A stretch of 64,000 bases of DNA from the NCBI GenBank assembly GCA_963808625.1, contig CAWEHK010000051.1:32001-96000 (forward strand). The letters are read 5' to 3'. This document shows, piece after piece, positions 1-11,391 of this stretch; the first letter of the stretch is position 1; the number at the start of each line of letters is the position of its first letter. Under the pieces are notes generated by a model. That model had not been told where the DNA came from. It made no database searches and worked only from the letters and a program-made list of their open reading frames with translations. The DNA comes from an uncultured delta proteobacterium (GTDB lineage: Bacteria; Desulfobacterota; Syntrophobacteria; Syntrophobacterales; Syntrophobacteraceae). Position numbers and translations under genes: made by a program.

Positions 1-8
1 CCCACTGG

Positions 9-851
9 TTGCAGGAGATCATCAGGAAATTCTGCATGGAGTCGCCCGACAACTCGCTCAAAAGAGAAACCGATGAAAGGGCATGGGATGAGCCATTGAT
101 TGGGTTCTCCAGCGGCAGTGACCCGCTTTATCCGCAACTGAAGGAGGATATCGGCCCCTTTCTCTGGACTCCCCTCGAAGCATTCGAGAAAAGCTTCCCT
201 CAGATGGCCGTTTCACCGTCTGACTTGACCGTGATCAGTTGGATCCTGCCCCAAACCAGGGCCACCAAAAGCGATCACCGGAAGGAAACCGCCTATCCTT
301 CGGAAAGGTGGGTGAGGTCACGGCTCTATGGAGAAGATTTCAACGCCAAACTCAGGAACTACGTTGTTGTCACTCTGCTGGAGGCAGGCTTTGAATCCGT
401 TGCACCGGTAGACTCACCGTTTTGGTCACCGGAGATTTCTCTTCGGTATGGCTTTTCATCCAGATGGTCCGAGAGGCATGCGGCGTACGTTTCCGGACTT
501 GGAACGTTCGGGCTGTGCGATGGCTTGATCACAGCGGCAGGCAAAGCCATGCGGTGTGGCTCGGTGGTCAGCCGGATTCCTATCAAACCAACCATCAGAC
601 CATATACGGATCATCACGCGTACTGCCTTTACTTCTCCCACAGCAAGTGCGGCAAGTGCATTGCTCGATGTCCTGTCGGGGCAATCTCCGAACGGGGTCA
701 CGACAAGATAAAATGTCGGGAATACATTCGCAACGTGACCGCCAAATACGGAAAGGACCGATTTAACATTGATACCAATGCTTGTGGGCTGTGCCAGACA
801 CGCGTTCCCTGTGAATCCAAAATCCCGTTGGCAAAAGGAGAATCACCGTAA
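9..851 (+). CDS. Epoxyqueuosine reductase (QueG)-like 4Fe-4S dicluster protein; true start may lie before the window
   Basis: WSERHAAYVSGLGTFGL motif, then Cys clusters C-x6-CGKCIARCP and C-x21-CGLCQTRVPC, typical of QueG-like/reductive-dehalogenase-like proteins. Confidence 0.75.
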   Translation: MQEIIRKFCMESPDNSLKRETDERAWDEPLIGFSSGSDPLYPQLKEDIGPFLWTPLEAFEKSFPQMAVSPSDLTVISWILPQTRATKSDHRKETAYPSERWVRSRLYGEDFNAKLRNYVVVTLLEAGFESVAPVDSPFWSPEISLRYGFSSRWSERHAAYVSGLGTFGLCDGLITAAGKAMRCGSVVSRIPIKPTIRPYTDHHAYCLYFSHSKCGKCIARCPVGAISERGHDKIKCREYIRNVTAKYGKDRFNIDTNACGLCQTRVPCESKIPLAKGESP

Positions 852-1047
852 AAGGAGGGTCATCCCAAAAGGAGGACCACCGTCAAAGGAGGGCGGGTTT
901 TCCAACCCGCCAGATGGCTCTTGTCACTACACAAATACACCCGAATAACAGGGAGCCGTAACGTTCCTCTTTGGATTCATCACTTCATCTACCGGGAAAC
1001 GCATGCCCCCCACCAACACGAAGACCCTGCTTCTATTGCTCGAACGC

Positions 1048-1692
1048 TCAGAGCTTTTCAATTCGCACGGGTCGAACCAGTGGCTCCCGTACTGAGTTAA
1101 GGAGGCCTGATAGTTCCTCGGCGAGGGCCTCGACGGTCGTGAACAGGATCCCCTGCATTCCCAAGGCACGGGCAGCCAGCACATGCTCGATGGTGTCGTC
1201 AATGAACACAGCTTCTTCGGGCCTAACGCCCAGGCGCTCGACTACCACCTGAAACACGGCCGCATCGGGTTTGACCAGGCCTTCGTCGCCGGAACAGAAC
1301 ACGACGTCGAACAATTCGAGAATACCCCAGTCGTCCAGCCACTGGCCAAGGCCCGGCGGGTTGTTGGAAAGCACGGCCAGCCGGTAATGGCCATGCAAGC
1401 GGCGAAGCAAATCCTCGATGCCATGGTTGATCGCCTCATCGCCATGGTAGCGACGATGAAAGGCCTCGATTGCCTCGGGAGCAAACAACCCGAGCTCAGG
1501 CCCGATTGCCTGCCAGAACTCATCAGCAGTCTTCAGGCCCAGCAGCGCATCCCGCCAGGCCTGACTGTCAAACATGATGGCGTTGATCGTGTCGGGCTCC
1601 AGCCCCAGGTCCTCCTCGTAGCGATGAAACAGGGATGATGGCTTTGGCGCCGAAATAACCCGGCCAAAATCAAAAATGACGGCCTTGATCAT
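1048..1692 (-). CDS. HAD-superfamily phosphatase
   Basis: MIKAVIFDFGRV (motif I), LSN (II), KPD (III), FIDD (IV). Confidence 0.9.
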   Translation of the reverse strand: MIKAVIFDFGRVISAPKPSSLFHRYEEDLGLEPDTINAIMFDSQAWRDALLGLKTADEFWQAIGPELGLFAPEAIEAFHRRYHGDEAINHGIEDLLRRLHGHYRLAVLSNNPPGLGQWLDDWGILELFDVVFCSGDEGLVKPDAAVFQVVVERLGVRPEEAVFIDDTIEHVLAARALGMQGILFTTVEALAEELSGLLNSVREPLVRPVRIEKL

Positions 1693-2032
1693 GGGATCAT
1701 CCACCTCGGCAGGCATGACTGCAAAGGATAAAACCTCTCCCTCCCGGCTTTACCGCAGTCCTTCATGTCTCTTCGGGACACCCGAAACCATGAATACGCC
1801 GGAAGGAACGCGCAACCCGAAACCCAAAACTCCGGACTTTTCGTAACAGAAAGCATGGCCTATTTTACCATCTCCTCAGGAGATTGAGCCGGTGGGGAAG
1901 ATTGGGAGGCGCGGCGGTCCATTTTTGCCGGAAACCCGCGCCAGCGAATCATCCGCCGGTTTCATTAGAACCCTCAAGGCAAATTGCTTATCGCCACCCA
2001 CACCGCTTCAGCCGATCTCAAGCAGGGCGATT

Positions 2033-2572
2033 TCAGGGGCTCTCGTCAAGAATGTTCCAATCCTTTTCCCGATTGGCGTCGAGCTTTCTGCGGCCGTATT
2101 TAATGGTCACGATATCGGTAAGCGTTCCATTCCCCTTAAACGTGCCCGTCACATAGACGTTACCGGAAACGTCTGCGACCACACCCACGGCACGATCATC
2201 GCGCGGTCCCTTCGTGCGGTACAATCGCGTGCACCCTTGGGTCACAGCCGCTTCGGAACCAGAGCCAGAAGAATTTCCTCCTTGCTGGAGAGTCTGCTCC
2301 CCTTGTGCCGGCAGGGAGCGGTAACCAACGCTCTGGTGAGACCGCGTCGAATGCTACTCGTTCCATCTGCCAGAAGTCGGTCCGGTAGGTTGAAAAAGCC
2401 GCCCCTTTGTCGGGAAAGACGGCCGAGCTCCCTCACGCCACGATCGCTGACGGAGGGGACTATAAAACCCCTGTTCCACTGGGAATGCCGCCATCCTCGC
2501 TGTAGCCGAAGAGAACTCAGACCAGCTCACCGTCGCCAACAGCACCGCACTCAAGAGAACCAACCGCTTCAT
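2033..2572 (-). pseudogene. Remnant of a secreted SBBP/beta-propeller repeat protein
   Basis: Signal-peptide-like start MKRLVLLSAVLLA at 2572. A single SBBP-like blade (DDRAVGVVADVSGNVYVTG...DIVTIKYG) lies at 2033-2245 in another ORF. Confidence 0.5.
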
Positions 2573-2820
2573 GTTGTACCTCCGCGGCCCGGGGACCTGA
2601 CCCATTTTCTGCCGCTCTAAAGAGCCGCTCAACCCTCAACTGCCCATGAAACTCGGGTGGCGGGGTGGCTGACCGTATCTATTTTGCTCGATGGGTCTGA
2701 CAATGGAGGCCATCAACCTGGAGCATTGTCATTAAGGTTGATGACCTTTGACAGGACATGTGCTAGCATTATGCAACCAGGTGCGAGTGAACTGGTCTAC
2801 CAGAAAGGGGAGAAGAAGCC

Positions 2821-3062
2821 ATGGCGACACTCCATGTACGGAATGTACCCAATGAATTAAGCACGAACGCACAGGCGATCGCTCATGCAAACAACCGATC
2901 ATGAGTGCTCAGGTGATCAGCATGCTCAGCAGGGCCGCCGAGGAAGAAGAGCTCAGAGAGTCAAGATCCCAAAAGCTTGCCGCAGTGCGGCGCCAGCGTA
3001 TTACCTATGCAAAGCAGGTCCCTGAAAGTGCGACCCTGTTACGGGAGGATCGGGCGCGATGA
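2821..3062 (+). CDS. FitA/VapB-like ribbon-helix-helix antitoxin (one frameshift near 2900)
   Basis: MATLHVRNVPNEL...NNRS / MSAQVISML...SATLLREDRAR*. The stop overlaps the vapC start (ATGA). Confidence 0.75.
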
Positions 3063-3505
3063 AAGGGGGGCGTTATGTGGTCGATGCGAGTGTAGCGATC
3101 AAGCTCTTTATCGACGAACCGTTTTCGGAGCAGGCAGAGGTCCTTTTTTCGATCCTCAAGGACGATCCGGTAGGGGAATTCTATGTGCCGGACCTCTTCT
3201 TTATCGAGTGCACCAACGTTTTATGGAAACACATCAAAAGGTTCGGCTATCCGGAAGAGAAGGCATACGAGGACCTTGCCGCGCTGAGAGGCCTTTGGCT
3301 TCAAAGCTTCGTAACCGGTGAGCTCGTGGTGGATGCCTTGACGATTGCTGTGGCTCACGACATAACCGCTTATGACGCATGCTATGTAGCGCTTGGCCAG
3401 CAACTGGAAATCCCGCTGGTGACGGCTGATGAAAGACTCGTCAGGAAGATGGCCGATACGGTCCATGCCGTCCAATGGCTCGGAGACCTTTCATTTCTGC
3501 ACTGA
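3059..3505 (+). CDS. vapC: VapC family PIN-domain toxin
   Basis: YVVDASVAIK, FFIECTNVLWK, ITAYDACYVAL and LVTADERL PIN motifs. Confidence 0.9.
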   Translation: MKGGRYVVDASVAIKLFIDEPFSEQAEVLFSILKDDPVGEFYVPDLFFIECTNVLWKHIKRFGYPEEKAYEDLAALRGLWLQSFVTGELVVDALTIAVAHDITAYDACYVALGQQLEIPLVTADERLVRKMADTVHAVQWLGDLSFLH

Positions 3506-3534
3506 TCCCTTCTTGCGCCGTTTCCGGGCTGCGC

Positions 3535-3792
3535 TCAGATCTTATCGCCCAGCACCCCAAGGTTGGCCAGATCCTGCTCTTTACCGATCATGACGAGGAT
3601 ATCGCTCGGTTCAATGACGAAATCGGGGGATGGCAGAAAGACAAAGCGTGGGGGAATGATCTCCCTGATCGCAGGGATGAGGATGCCAAATTTTTTCTGT
3701 AGGTCGAACTCAGCGAGCGTATTGCCACAGAAACGGTCCGGCGGCGTGAAATTAATGACCCGATAATCTCCATCGAGGGGAACGAAGTCCAA
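3535..3792 (-). pseudogene. C-terminal fragment (TrkA-C/RCK-C) of a TrkA/KtrA potassium-uptake protein
   Basis: PPDRFCGNTLAEFDLQKKFGILIPAIRE...PSPDFVIEPSDILVMIG; the N-terminal NAD-binding domain is absent. Confidence 0.65.
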
Positions 3793-3794
3793 TT

Positions 3795-3900
3795 GGGCAG
3801 GCACCCGAGGTAATGATGTTGATTCATCAGTTCCCGGAAGTGCTTTTCTTCGACTCGCCCAACAGGTCGTACAAGGATCTCGCGCGCATTCAAAGCGGTT
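3795..3900 (-). pseudogene. N-terminal fragment of a DUF4338-domain (transposase-associated) protein
   Basis: LNAREILVRPVGRVEEKHFRELMNQHHYLGCLP matches the DUF4338 'HHYLG' N-terminus and abuts the truncated trkA fragment. Confidence 0.55.
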
Positions 3901-3974
3901 TGTCTCGTTGTTTTTCCCTTTTCCCCCTTGACAGCATTCACGCAAGTGCATAGTAGCTGCTATGCAACCATAGT

Positions 3975-4080
3975 GAAGCAGATGTAGCAAGAAGCTACTC
4001 AAAGGCATGCTTCGTCGTCAATAAAGCCAGGAAGGCTTTGAGGTGACAGGAGGACCTGTCCGAGCCCTGCTGGCTTTTTA
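3975..4080 (+). promoter_or_regulatory. Candidate dual-hairpin attenuator, copy A (before tonB)
   Basis: GTAGC-AAGAA-GCTAC (3984-3998) nested in GAAGCA/TGCTTC. AAAGCC-AGGAA-GGCTTT (4023-4039) overlaps terminator AAAGCCAG...CTGGCTTTTTA. TTGACA lies at 3928. Confidence 0.65.
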
Positions 4081-4131
4081 TCGTTTTCCGGCAGGACTGA
4101 TTATCATAGAATTTTTAAGTGGTTAGAACGA

Positions 4132-5205
4132 ATGGCAACGCAATCGGTCCTTTCCGCCGCATCCATTTGCGATAATCTAAGTCACCTGGTGGATGAGACA
4201 CATGCCGGCGAAGCGGATTGCCTCGAATGGGCCATGGGGAGGATCGTTATCTCAGGGGAGCGCATTTGGCAGAACCTCGCCATCTCAAGCCTCCTCCACA
4301 TGGCCCTTGCCTTGCTTCTCCTGGTTGCGCCATTTGCCAAAACCACCACGAATCCTCAGGTCCTTCAGGTTCAATTAGTCTCCATGGGTGGCGACGGGGA
4401 CCTTTCCGCCGCTGGCTGCGATGCCCCCGGGGGAGGCCCGCCCGCGGCCTCCGAAGCAGGCAAAGCAACCCCACCCGGGAAGGCTGCCGACAACTCAGCA
4501 GAAAACACGAAATCCGATACCTCCAACAAGGCTCAACTGATCGAGGCGGAAAATAAGCCAGTCCAAGCTGAAGCGACAGCCCCGATGCCGGAGGAGAAGC
4601 CCGTACCTGTCGATGAAAGTAAAGAACCAGCCCCCATCCCGGCACGCGAAGCCATAAAGAAGACCCCGAAGCCACCGGATCGCCCTCTCCCTGCCGCGAA
4701 AAGCAACCTCCAGAAAGCTGCTCCGGATGATGCGAAAACGCGGTCGGAAGCCGATTCCCGACCGGCCTCCGATTCCTCCTCCTCCTCCGAGGGCAATCCC
4801 CAGCTCCGAGATCAAGACGGGGGCAAGTCTTCGTCTACCGGTTCCGGCGAGGGATCGGGGGCGCAAGCCGGTCATGGCCGGGGCGGTCCTTCGGGGAGTG
4901 GACCGTTTGAAGCCCAGTTCGGCTCGCCCAATGGGCCCCGTTTTCTTCGCAAGGCAACACCGAATTATCCCCATCAAGCCCGGCAGATGGAAAAGGAGGG
5001 AACGGTGATCCTGCACGTCACCATCGATGAGATGGGCCGCGCCGTGGAAATCGAGCTGGTGAAAAAGGCCGGGCACGGTTTCGATGAAGAGGCGATCAAG
5101 GCGGTGAGAAATTCAACTTTCGCGCCGGCCAAAAAAGACGGCAGACCTATAACGTGCAAAGCCGTTCTGCCGATCCGCTTCGTCCTGAAAAACACGGAAG
5201 ATTAA
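4132..5205 (+). CDS. tonB: TonB family energy transducer (true start may be the ATG near 4234)
   Basis: TM helix SSLLHMALALLL, Pro/Ser-rich linker, C-terminal PNYPHQARQMEKEGTVILHVTIDEMG...FDEEAIKAV. Confidence 0.9.
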   Translation: MATQSVLSAASICDNLSHLVDETHAGEADCLEWAMGRIVISGERIWQNLAISSLLHMALALLLLVAPFAKTTTNPQVLQVQLVSMGGDGDLSAAGCDAPGGGPPAASEAGKATPPGKAADNSAENTKSDTSNKAQLIEAENKPVQAEATAPMPEEKPVPVDESKEPAPIPAREAIKKTPKPPDRPLPAAKSNLQKAAPDDAKTRSEADSRPASDSSSSSEGNPQLRDQDGGKSSSTGSGEGSGAQAGHGRGGPSGSGPFEAQFGSPNGPRFLRKATPNYPHQARQMEKEGTVILHVTIDEMGRAVEIELVKKAGHGFDEEAIKAVRNSTFAPAKKDGRPITCKAVLPIRFVLKNTED

Positions 5206-5305
5206 TGACGCCCCGGCGGAAGTCTCCAGCGGCTGCCATTCCCGTTTCTTTTCTCGAGTGCAATTTTCCCATGCGACATCCAACCCCGCCTTTCTTTTTC
5301 TGTCT

Positions 5306-5381
5306 TCTCACGCGAAGACGCGAAGACGCAAAGGTAGTGGAGAATCTTCGCGCCTTCGCGCCTTCGCGTCTTCGCGTGAGA
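5306..5381. repeat. Palindromic short-repeat element (CGCGAAGA units / TCTTCGCG units)
   Basis: TCTCACGCGAAGACGCGAAGACGC...CTTCGCGCCTTCGCGTCTTCGCGTGAGA, between convergent genes. Confidence 0.75.
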
Positions 5382-5423
5382 CTTTTCGGCCAATCTCAAG
5401 CACGTCCGCGATGATCCAAAATT

Positions 5424-6203
5424 TTACAGCGCCTGATCAACATTGGGCACGACCAGTGCCCGGTCCCGGTAAGGGATCGAGCGGAGTTCGGTGCCGTATA
5501 CCCGCTGCAGCACCTCGGCGTCCCACGGCTTTTGGGAACTGCTCCATGATTCGATTTGCCCATCTTTTATAAAGACAAACCGGTCGCCATAAAGAAAGGC
5601 GATGTTCGGGTCGTGAAGCACGGCCACGACCGCGAGCTCCGAGCCCGCCAGCTCCCTGATCAGGCGCAGCACATGTGCCTGATTGACAAAATCAAGATGG
5701 GCAGTGGGCTCATCCAGAAGGACAATCTGGGGCTCCTGGGCCAGGACCCTCGCAATCATCACCAACTGCTGTTCGCCCCCGGAGAGTTCCGTGAAAGGGC
5801 GCCATCGCAAGTGGCTCACACCCACCTTCTCCAAAGCCATCAATGCTTTCTGTCGGTCCTCCTGCCCCGGAATCAGGTTCACATAGCTTGCCCGTCCCGT
5901 GAGCACAACATCCTCGACGGAGAACGGAAATATCGGGCGGTGGAATTGCGGCAGGTAGCCAATGATGCGGGCCCGCTCCCGGAGCGTGAGATCACCGAGC
6001 TCCCTGCCCATGACCTGCACCGTCCCTTGCTCAGGGTTGAGCAGGCCGGCCATGATTCGCAACAGCGTTGACTTGCCGCTCCCATTCCTTCCCAAAACGA
6101 TGGTGAACTGCCCCGGTTGGATTTCAACGGTAACGTTATCCAATACCCGCCTGCCGCCATAGCTGAAGGAAAGATGATGACATGTGAGCAGACGACTCTT
6201 CAT
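5424..6203 (-). CDS. FecE/BtuD-type metal-chelate ABC transporter ATPase
   Basis: Walker A GRNGSGKST, signature LSGGEQQ, Walker B VLLDEPTAHLD, H-loop VLHD. Confidence 0.92.
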   Translation of the reverse strand: MKSRLLTCHHLSFSYGGRRVLDNVTVEIQPGQFTIVLGRNGSGKSTLLRIMAGLLNPEQGTVQVMGRELGDLTLRERARIIGYLPQFHRPIFPFSVEDVVLTGRASYVNLIPGQEDRQKALMALEKVGVSHLRWRPFTELSGGEQQLVMIARVLAQEPQIVLLDEPTAHLDFVNQAHVLRLIRELAGSELAVVAVLHDPNIAFLYGDRFVFIKDGQIESWSSSQKPWDAEVLQRVYGTELRSIPYRDRALVVPNVDQAL

Positions 6204-7210
6204 ATTTCCCACCCGAGTTTCGATCGTCGCAGCAGAAAAATGAAGAAGGGGCCGCCAATCAGGGTTGTAAAGATGCCTATCGGCACCTCGAAGGAAGCGG
6301 CAACACGAGAACAATCATCCACCAGGAGCAGGAACGATCCGCCAAGGGCGAGGGAGGCGGGTAAGGTTCGGGTGTTGTCCGGGCCGATCAGCATGCGCGT
6401 CATGTGCGGGACCACCAGCCCCACCAGGCCGATTACCCCGGCCACGGCTACCGAAGCAGACGCCGCCAGGGTTGCCGGGATGAGCACGAAAAGCTTCTGA
6501 TGCTCGGGATTTAACCCCACGGCCCGCGTTTCTTCGTCCCCCAGGGCCAGGACATTCATGCGCCACCGGAAGAGCAGGAGCCAGCCCACCCCTGCCAGGA
6601 TTCCCGGAGCCGAGGAATTGAGCTTCGCCCAGCTGGCATTGTGGAGATTCCCCATGGTCCAGTGGACAATCGTCTGAAGCTTGAAGGGGTCGGTCAAAAA
6701 CTGCACGATGGTGAGAAGTGCGGTAAAAATCCCGGAAACAATGATTCCTGAAAGAATCAGGGAGATGATGGTGACGCTTTTCCGGGTGCGAGCCAGGAAA
6801 TAGCTGGCCCCAACGGCAGCCATGCCAAAAGCGAAAGCGGAAACCTGGAGGGGCATCCACGAGGTGGCCAGGGCCAGCGCCGCACCGAAAGCCGACCCCG
6901 ACGACAGCCCCAGGAGATAGGGGTCAACCAGGGGATTTCGAAAAAGGGCTTGCAGCGCATTGCCGGACCCGGACAGCGCGGCGCCGACCAGGAATGCCAG
7001 CAAAATTCTCGGAAGGCGCACATCCCACACGATCGTACCAACGAGCCCGTCGCCGACCGCAGCAGACGATGCCGGCAAAAACCATGAACCGGTCAGCCAT
7101 GTCAGAACATCACTGGCGCTCACCGTATCGGCCGGCCCCAGGAATAAAGACACGATCAAAACCGGGAGCGGAGTTGCGTATATTAGATAAAGCGCCATTC
7201 TGGGACGCAA
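6200..7210 (-). CDS. FecCD-family ABC permease
   Basis: VRLPRILLAFLVGAALS, QALFRNPLVDPYLLG, GLVGLVVPH, EVPIGIFTTLIGGPFF. Confidence 0.92.
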   Translation of the reverse strand: MRPRMALYLIYATPLPVLIVSLFLGPADTVSASDVLTWLTGSWFLPASSAAVGDGLVGTIVWDVRLPRILLAFLVGAALSGSGNALQALFRNPLVDPYLLGLSSGSAFGAALALATSWMPLQVSAFAFGMAAVGASYFLARTRKSVTIISLILSGIIVSGIFTALLTIVQFLTDPFKLQTIVHWTMGNLHNASWAKLNSSAPGILAGVGWLLLFRWRMNVLALGDEETRAVGLNPEHQKLFVLIPATLAASASVAVAGVIGLVGLVVPHMTRMLIGPDNTRTLPASLALGGSFLLLVDDCSRVAASFEVPIGIFTTLIGGPFFIFLLRRSKLGWEI

Positions 7211-7233
7211 AGCCTGATTCCTGTCGCCGCTCG

Positions 7234-7405
7234 CTAAGAGCGTGTCTTAAAACAGAAAGTAAGTGACCTTGTCATGATTTCCGACTGAGCCCCCGATCGT
7301 CATTCCCGCATGCATCTAGCGGGAATCCATGTTCTTAAAGGCCTGGACCCCCGCCAAACACATGCGGGGGTGACGCTCAGAGGGACTGTTTGGACACGCT
7401 CTAAG
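7234..7405. mobile_element. MITE-like element with REP-type internal palindromes
   Basis: Terminal inverted repeats AGAGCGTGTC (7237) / GACACGCTCT (7393) with TA flanks. Core is GTCATTCCCGC...GCGGGAATCC and CTGGACCCCCGC...GCGGGGGTGAC. Confidence 0.65.
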
Positions 7406-8443
7406 GCAGAAGCTCGATGAGAGCAGGCCTCTCGCCATACAGTTCCCGGACGAGGACCAGCTTCTCTCTTTCAGGTCCAGGTCGCGAAACAGCTCGGGAT
7501 AGCACCATTTGGCAACCATCTTCACGGCATACTGATACTTGAGGGTCCAAAGATCGCAGGAAAAGATGTCAGGAAACTCGTAAACCCGCTGCTGCCGCAC
7601 CGCGCTTATGGACTGCCACATGGGGTTATGCAGAATGTCGGCAGGATCTTTCCTCGCATTGTACCACATGACGATTACCTGCGGGTCCCATTTGAGGACC
7701 TTCTCCATATTGACTACGAGATGCTCCTGCTCGATGGAAGCGCAGACATTCACCGCCCCGGCCAGGGTGATCAGCTCATCGACGGTGCTCGGTCTGCCGG
7801 AGGTCTCCAGATCCCCCTGAGCCCACATGTAATAGACCCGCACCCGTCTCCCCCGGCGCCACGGCAGCGGTTCTGCTCGCACCTCGGCCCAGGGCCTCCT
7901 TGGTGCGAGCGACAAGCTCGACGGCCCTTTCCCGCTTCCCCGTCAGGTCCCCAAGGGCGAGCATTTCCTGGTAGACATCCTCGAAACTCCGGATAAAAAT
8001 CCCAAAAACCGGGATTCCCCGTTCTTCGAGAGCGCGAATGGCCTCTTCCTGATGCGCCCAGATGATCACCAGGTCGGGCTTCAACCCGACCACTTTTTCG
8101 ATATTGATGAAATCCCAGTTTCCGGGTGTGGGCAGACTCCTGCTGCGAATCCTCTCATCCATCGCCGCATAGTAGCGAAAGGTCTCTTCCTGATACACAT
8201 TAGCGGAGATGCCGACGACTCTCGCTTCCGCCCCCAGCATGTAAATGCCGCTGAGTGCGCTTTCGATGAGGCAGACGATCCGTTCTGCCGGTTGCCGGAG
8301 CAGAATATTTGCCTCGGAAGTCCTGCACTTCGATGGGTTGAGCGGAACCTTCTTGCGCAAAGGCCATGGCGAAAGAGGGAGGAATACTCCCCCTCGAACA
8401 CCTGGGTGAGCAGCAGTGCAATGAGCAGAAAAAACTTCAACAA
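7401..8443 (-). CDS. FecB/BtuF-type ABC substrate-binding protein (frameshifted)
   Basis: Pieces MLKFFLLIALLL (signal), PAERIVCL...INIEKVVGLKPDLVIIW, VNMEKVLKWDPQVIVMW...ISAVRQQRVY. Confidence 0.8.
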
Positions 8444-8458
8444 ATCCGCTTCAAACGC

Positions 8459-8585
8459 TCACTCCTCATTTCCCCATCCTTACTCCTGACTGCTTACTCC
8501 TGACTATTTTTGCCGTTACTCACTGCTTACTCCTCGCCTTAGCTTACTCCGCTTAGCTGCGCTCTACTCCACTCCCTACTCATCA
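8459..8585. repeat. Degenerate heptamer tandem array (TTACTCC/TTACTCA)
   Basis: Repeated TTACTC units immediately 3' of the TonB-dependent receptor stop; reads GAGTAA on the coding strand. Confidence 0.6.
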
Positions 8586-8604
8586 CCCGTCGCGCCCTCC
8601 TTTG

Positions 8605-10671
8605 CTAGAAGCGCATTTCCACACCACCGGCCGCAGAAAAACCGGGGTCCTGGAACTGCCAGGGCATTTCATAGGTGTTATTGGTAATGTTGTAGAGATC
8701 CAGATGCAGATCCAGGTAATGGGCATCGTTCTGGATTAGGACCTTGGTCAATTTCATGTTCAAGACTTCGTAGGCATCAAACTGCTGCCGGCCGCTCCTC
8801 GAGTCGCTGTCATAAATGGAGCCGCTGACATGCAGGTAGAGAGCTGCCGAGAAGTTCTTGGGGAAGTCCAGGATGACTCCGACATTCCCCATATTTTCGG
8901 GGACAAATGGAATTTCGGTGCCGTCCTGATCGGGATAGAGGTCATTGCCAGACGCGCGAGTGGGTATAGGTGTAATTGCCAAACCACTGGAGCCAGGGGA
9001 GGAGCCGGTGCCGGATTTCAAACTCCACACCGTAGGAGGTGGCGCTGCCGGCGTTGACGTCTATGGACTGGGAAGGATCGTTACTGACCCGGTTGGTAAT
9101 GATGGCATTATCCAGCATATTGCCGAATCCGCGCAAACTGAGCTTGACGTTTTTGATCGGCTGATAATCGATTCCCAGGTCCGTCCCGAGGCCCGTTTCC
9201 GGTTGTAGACCCGGATTGGGAAGCTGACCGTTTTTGCCGGGAACTCCCACATCACTGGGAAGGAGCGTCCCGCCAATGGATTTGATCCCGGGGACGAGAA
9301 AACTCGAACCGGCATTTCCATAAACCGAGAGGTCTTCGGAGAAGTTATAGCGCACCCCGCCGCTCCAGAGAGGTTTGTCCCATGACTGGCTGTCTATGGC
9401 CGGGACCGTGCCGCCAATGAGGTCGTAGTTCTGCCACGACCAATTGTAGCGCCCGCCGGCGCGGAAGATCCAGTTGCACAAGTAATATTCTTCCTGCAGA
9501 TAGAGGCCTGATTGGTAGGCGCTGGCATCATTTCCAATCACCTGGTAGCCGTTGGCCGGCGTCGAAAAAGTCCGATAGGTCCCATACTGGAAATCGGTGC
9601 CGACCGTCAGGACGCTGTTTTCCAGGTGCCTGATCGAAAACGAAGCATCGGCGGGGAAGATTTTCTGTTCCACCCCGTTATTGGAATTGAGGCTGAGATC
9701 CGGATAGTTGTCCTCCGTCCAGCTCCGATCATAATTGCGGTAGCCCGCCTTCACCTGTGCCGTCAGTAATTGTTGATTTCATTGTAGTAATTGGCGTTGG
9801 CAATGGAGTAGGTGTGATCGAACGAGACGATTGGGGCGCCCCACGTTGCCGTCATGCCAGGTCTGGTTGCCAAAAAGGGAGAGCTTGTGGTTTTCGTCGC
9901 CGCCAAAGTAATAGGTTGCACGCCCGAAGAGCTTCAATTTCTGAATAATCGGGGTTATCGAGGATATGCAGCCACGAGTCCTGGGTCCCATAGTTGGTGT
10001 AATCGGATTTTTCCCCCCAGCCCCCCACATAAAAGTGGAGATTCTCAATCCGGTACTGGCCGATGCCATGGCCGGTGACGGTATTGTAGGAGCCGTAGTC
10101 AAGAGACCCCCGGGTTTGGTTTTCAAAGGTTCTTTCTTTCAGAATGAAATTGGTCGTTCCGGCCAGGGGACTCTGATTTCCGGCGAAGTCCTGGGAGAGG
10201 TAGTTGGGGTAGAGGACCGATGCCGGACCTTTTTGCGTCTCGATCCTCGCCAGCGCCCACGGGATCAAGGGCCATCGGGTCCACAAAGGAGTCGATGGGC
10301 AGGCCATCCAGAAGGTAGGTGTTATACTTGGGACCAAGTCCGCCATAGGAGCCCCAGTTGGCGTCATTCCTGGAGAGCACGTTGACGAAAACCCCCGGTG
10401 TATACATCAGCGCCTCGGCGATATTCCGATTTTCCAGGACGATCTGATCAAGAGTTTTCTGGGTGATGACATCCACCTTCTGCGTCACGTTGCCTTTCGT
10501 CTGGGGCAGCTTGGATGCCGTCACCACGATGCTCTCGAGTTGAGCAGCGCTCCCAAAGTAGCTCGCATCGTTCTGGTCTGGATTGGCTCCGGGATTCGCC
10601 TGTTGCGCGAAACAGGGCACGGGGATAAGGACGAGCATCAACAATGGTAAAATCGTCAAATAGTGCTTCAT
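8605..10671 (-). CDS. TonB-dependent receptor 1 (several frameshifts)
   Basis: Signal peptide, TonB-box-like LESIVVTASK, plug pieces (PGV..., RIETQKGPASVLY), NPGLQPETG, C-terminal LYNITNNTY...GGVEMRF. Confidence 0.85.
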
Positions 10672-10814
10672 GTCTCGGCTCCTTTCAACAATGAAGTTCA
10701 GCACTTTTCGCACAACCCATCGCCCCGGTCCGGCATCGCCGAAACCGCTGATGGGGTGCTTTGCTGTCCTTCGCGAGGGTGATGGGAAAATTTCGAGGAG
10801 TCGGCAGTCGCACG

Positions 10815-10947
10815 AAAAAAGCCACGACGACAGTCAACCCTCTTGGTCGAAAAGCCTTCGTGGCTCTGATTGTTTCCTAAAAACGCTCTGGCCTTTGCTG
10901 CGTTGCCTTCTCACCTTCCTGGTGAGGATCGCCTTCCCTTTAGCGCA
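10815..10947 (-). promoter_or_regulatory. Candidate dual-hairpin attenuator, copy B (before receptor 1/ABC operon)
   Basis: On the minus strand: CTCACC-AGGAA-GGTGAG, then AGCC-ACGAA-GGCT overlapping terminator AGCCACGA...TCGTGGCTTTTTT. Close paralogue of 18592-18725. Confidence 0.75.
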
Positions 10948-11391
10948 GATGGGCTAAGATTTCAAGCTGAAAATGAGAAAAGAAGCACATACCGTCCGGA
11001 TTTTTTGCACCTCACGATCCGAGACTCCGATGCACGCCATATATATTAATGGAGAGCAGGTTCCGCAGACTATTATGCAGAGACCACAGCGCGGCGTAGC
11101 CGCAACCAAAACTGGGTGGGAATATTAACGATACCAACAGGTTCCAAAGAAAATCTTGGCAAAAAAACAAGAAACTCGGCATTAGTATCACAGGCAGCCG
11201 CTCGTCACGGCGAGCTGAACCTTTCAGCAGAGGATTTATACCGGAGTTTCAGTGGCTTCACATATTGCTTGACGAGCGCTCAAGGGGAAGCTAAGGAATA
11301 GCGGTCCCCGGGTTCGGAGAAAATTTCGCTCAATGAATGGGCGGGCCGGTGTGGTCCGGGGTTCGGTTTTTCCTGCCTTAATTTTATAGTA

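Noticed and set aside
3795..3900. Druantia anti-phage system
   Set aside because: Only a ~35-aa DUF4338-like fragment is present, with no other dru genes.
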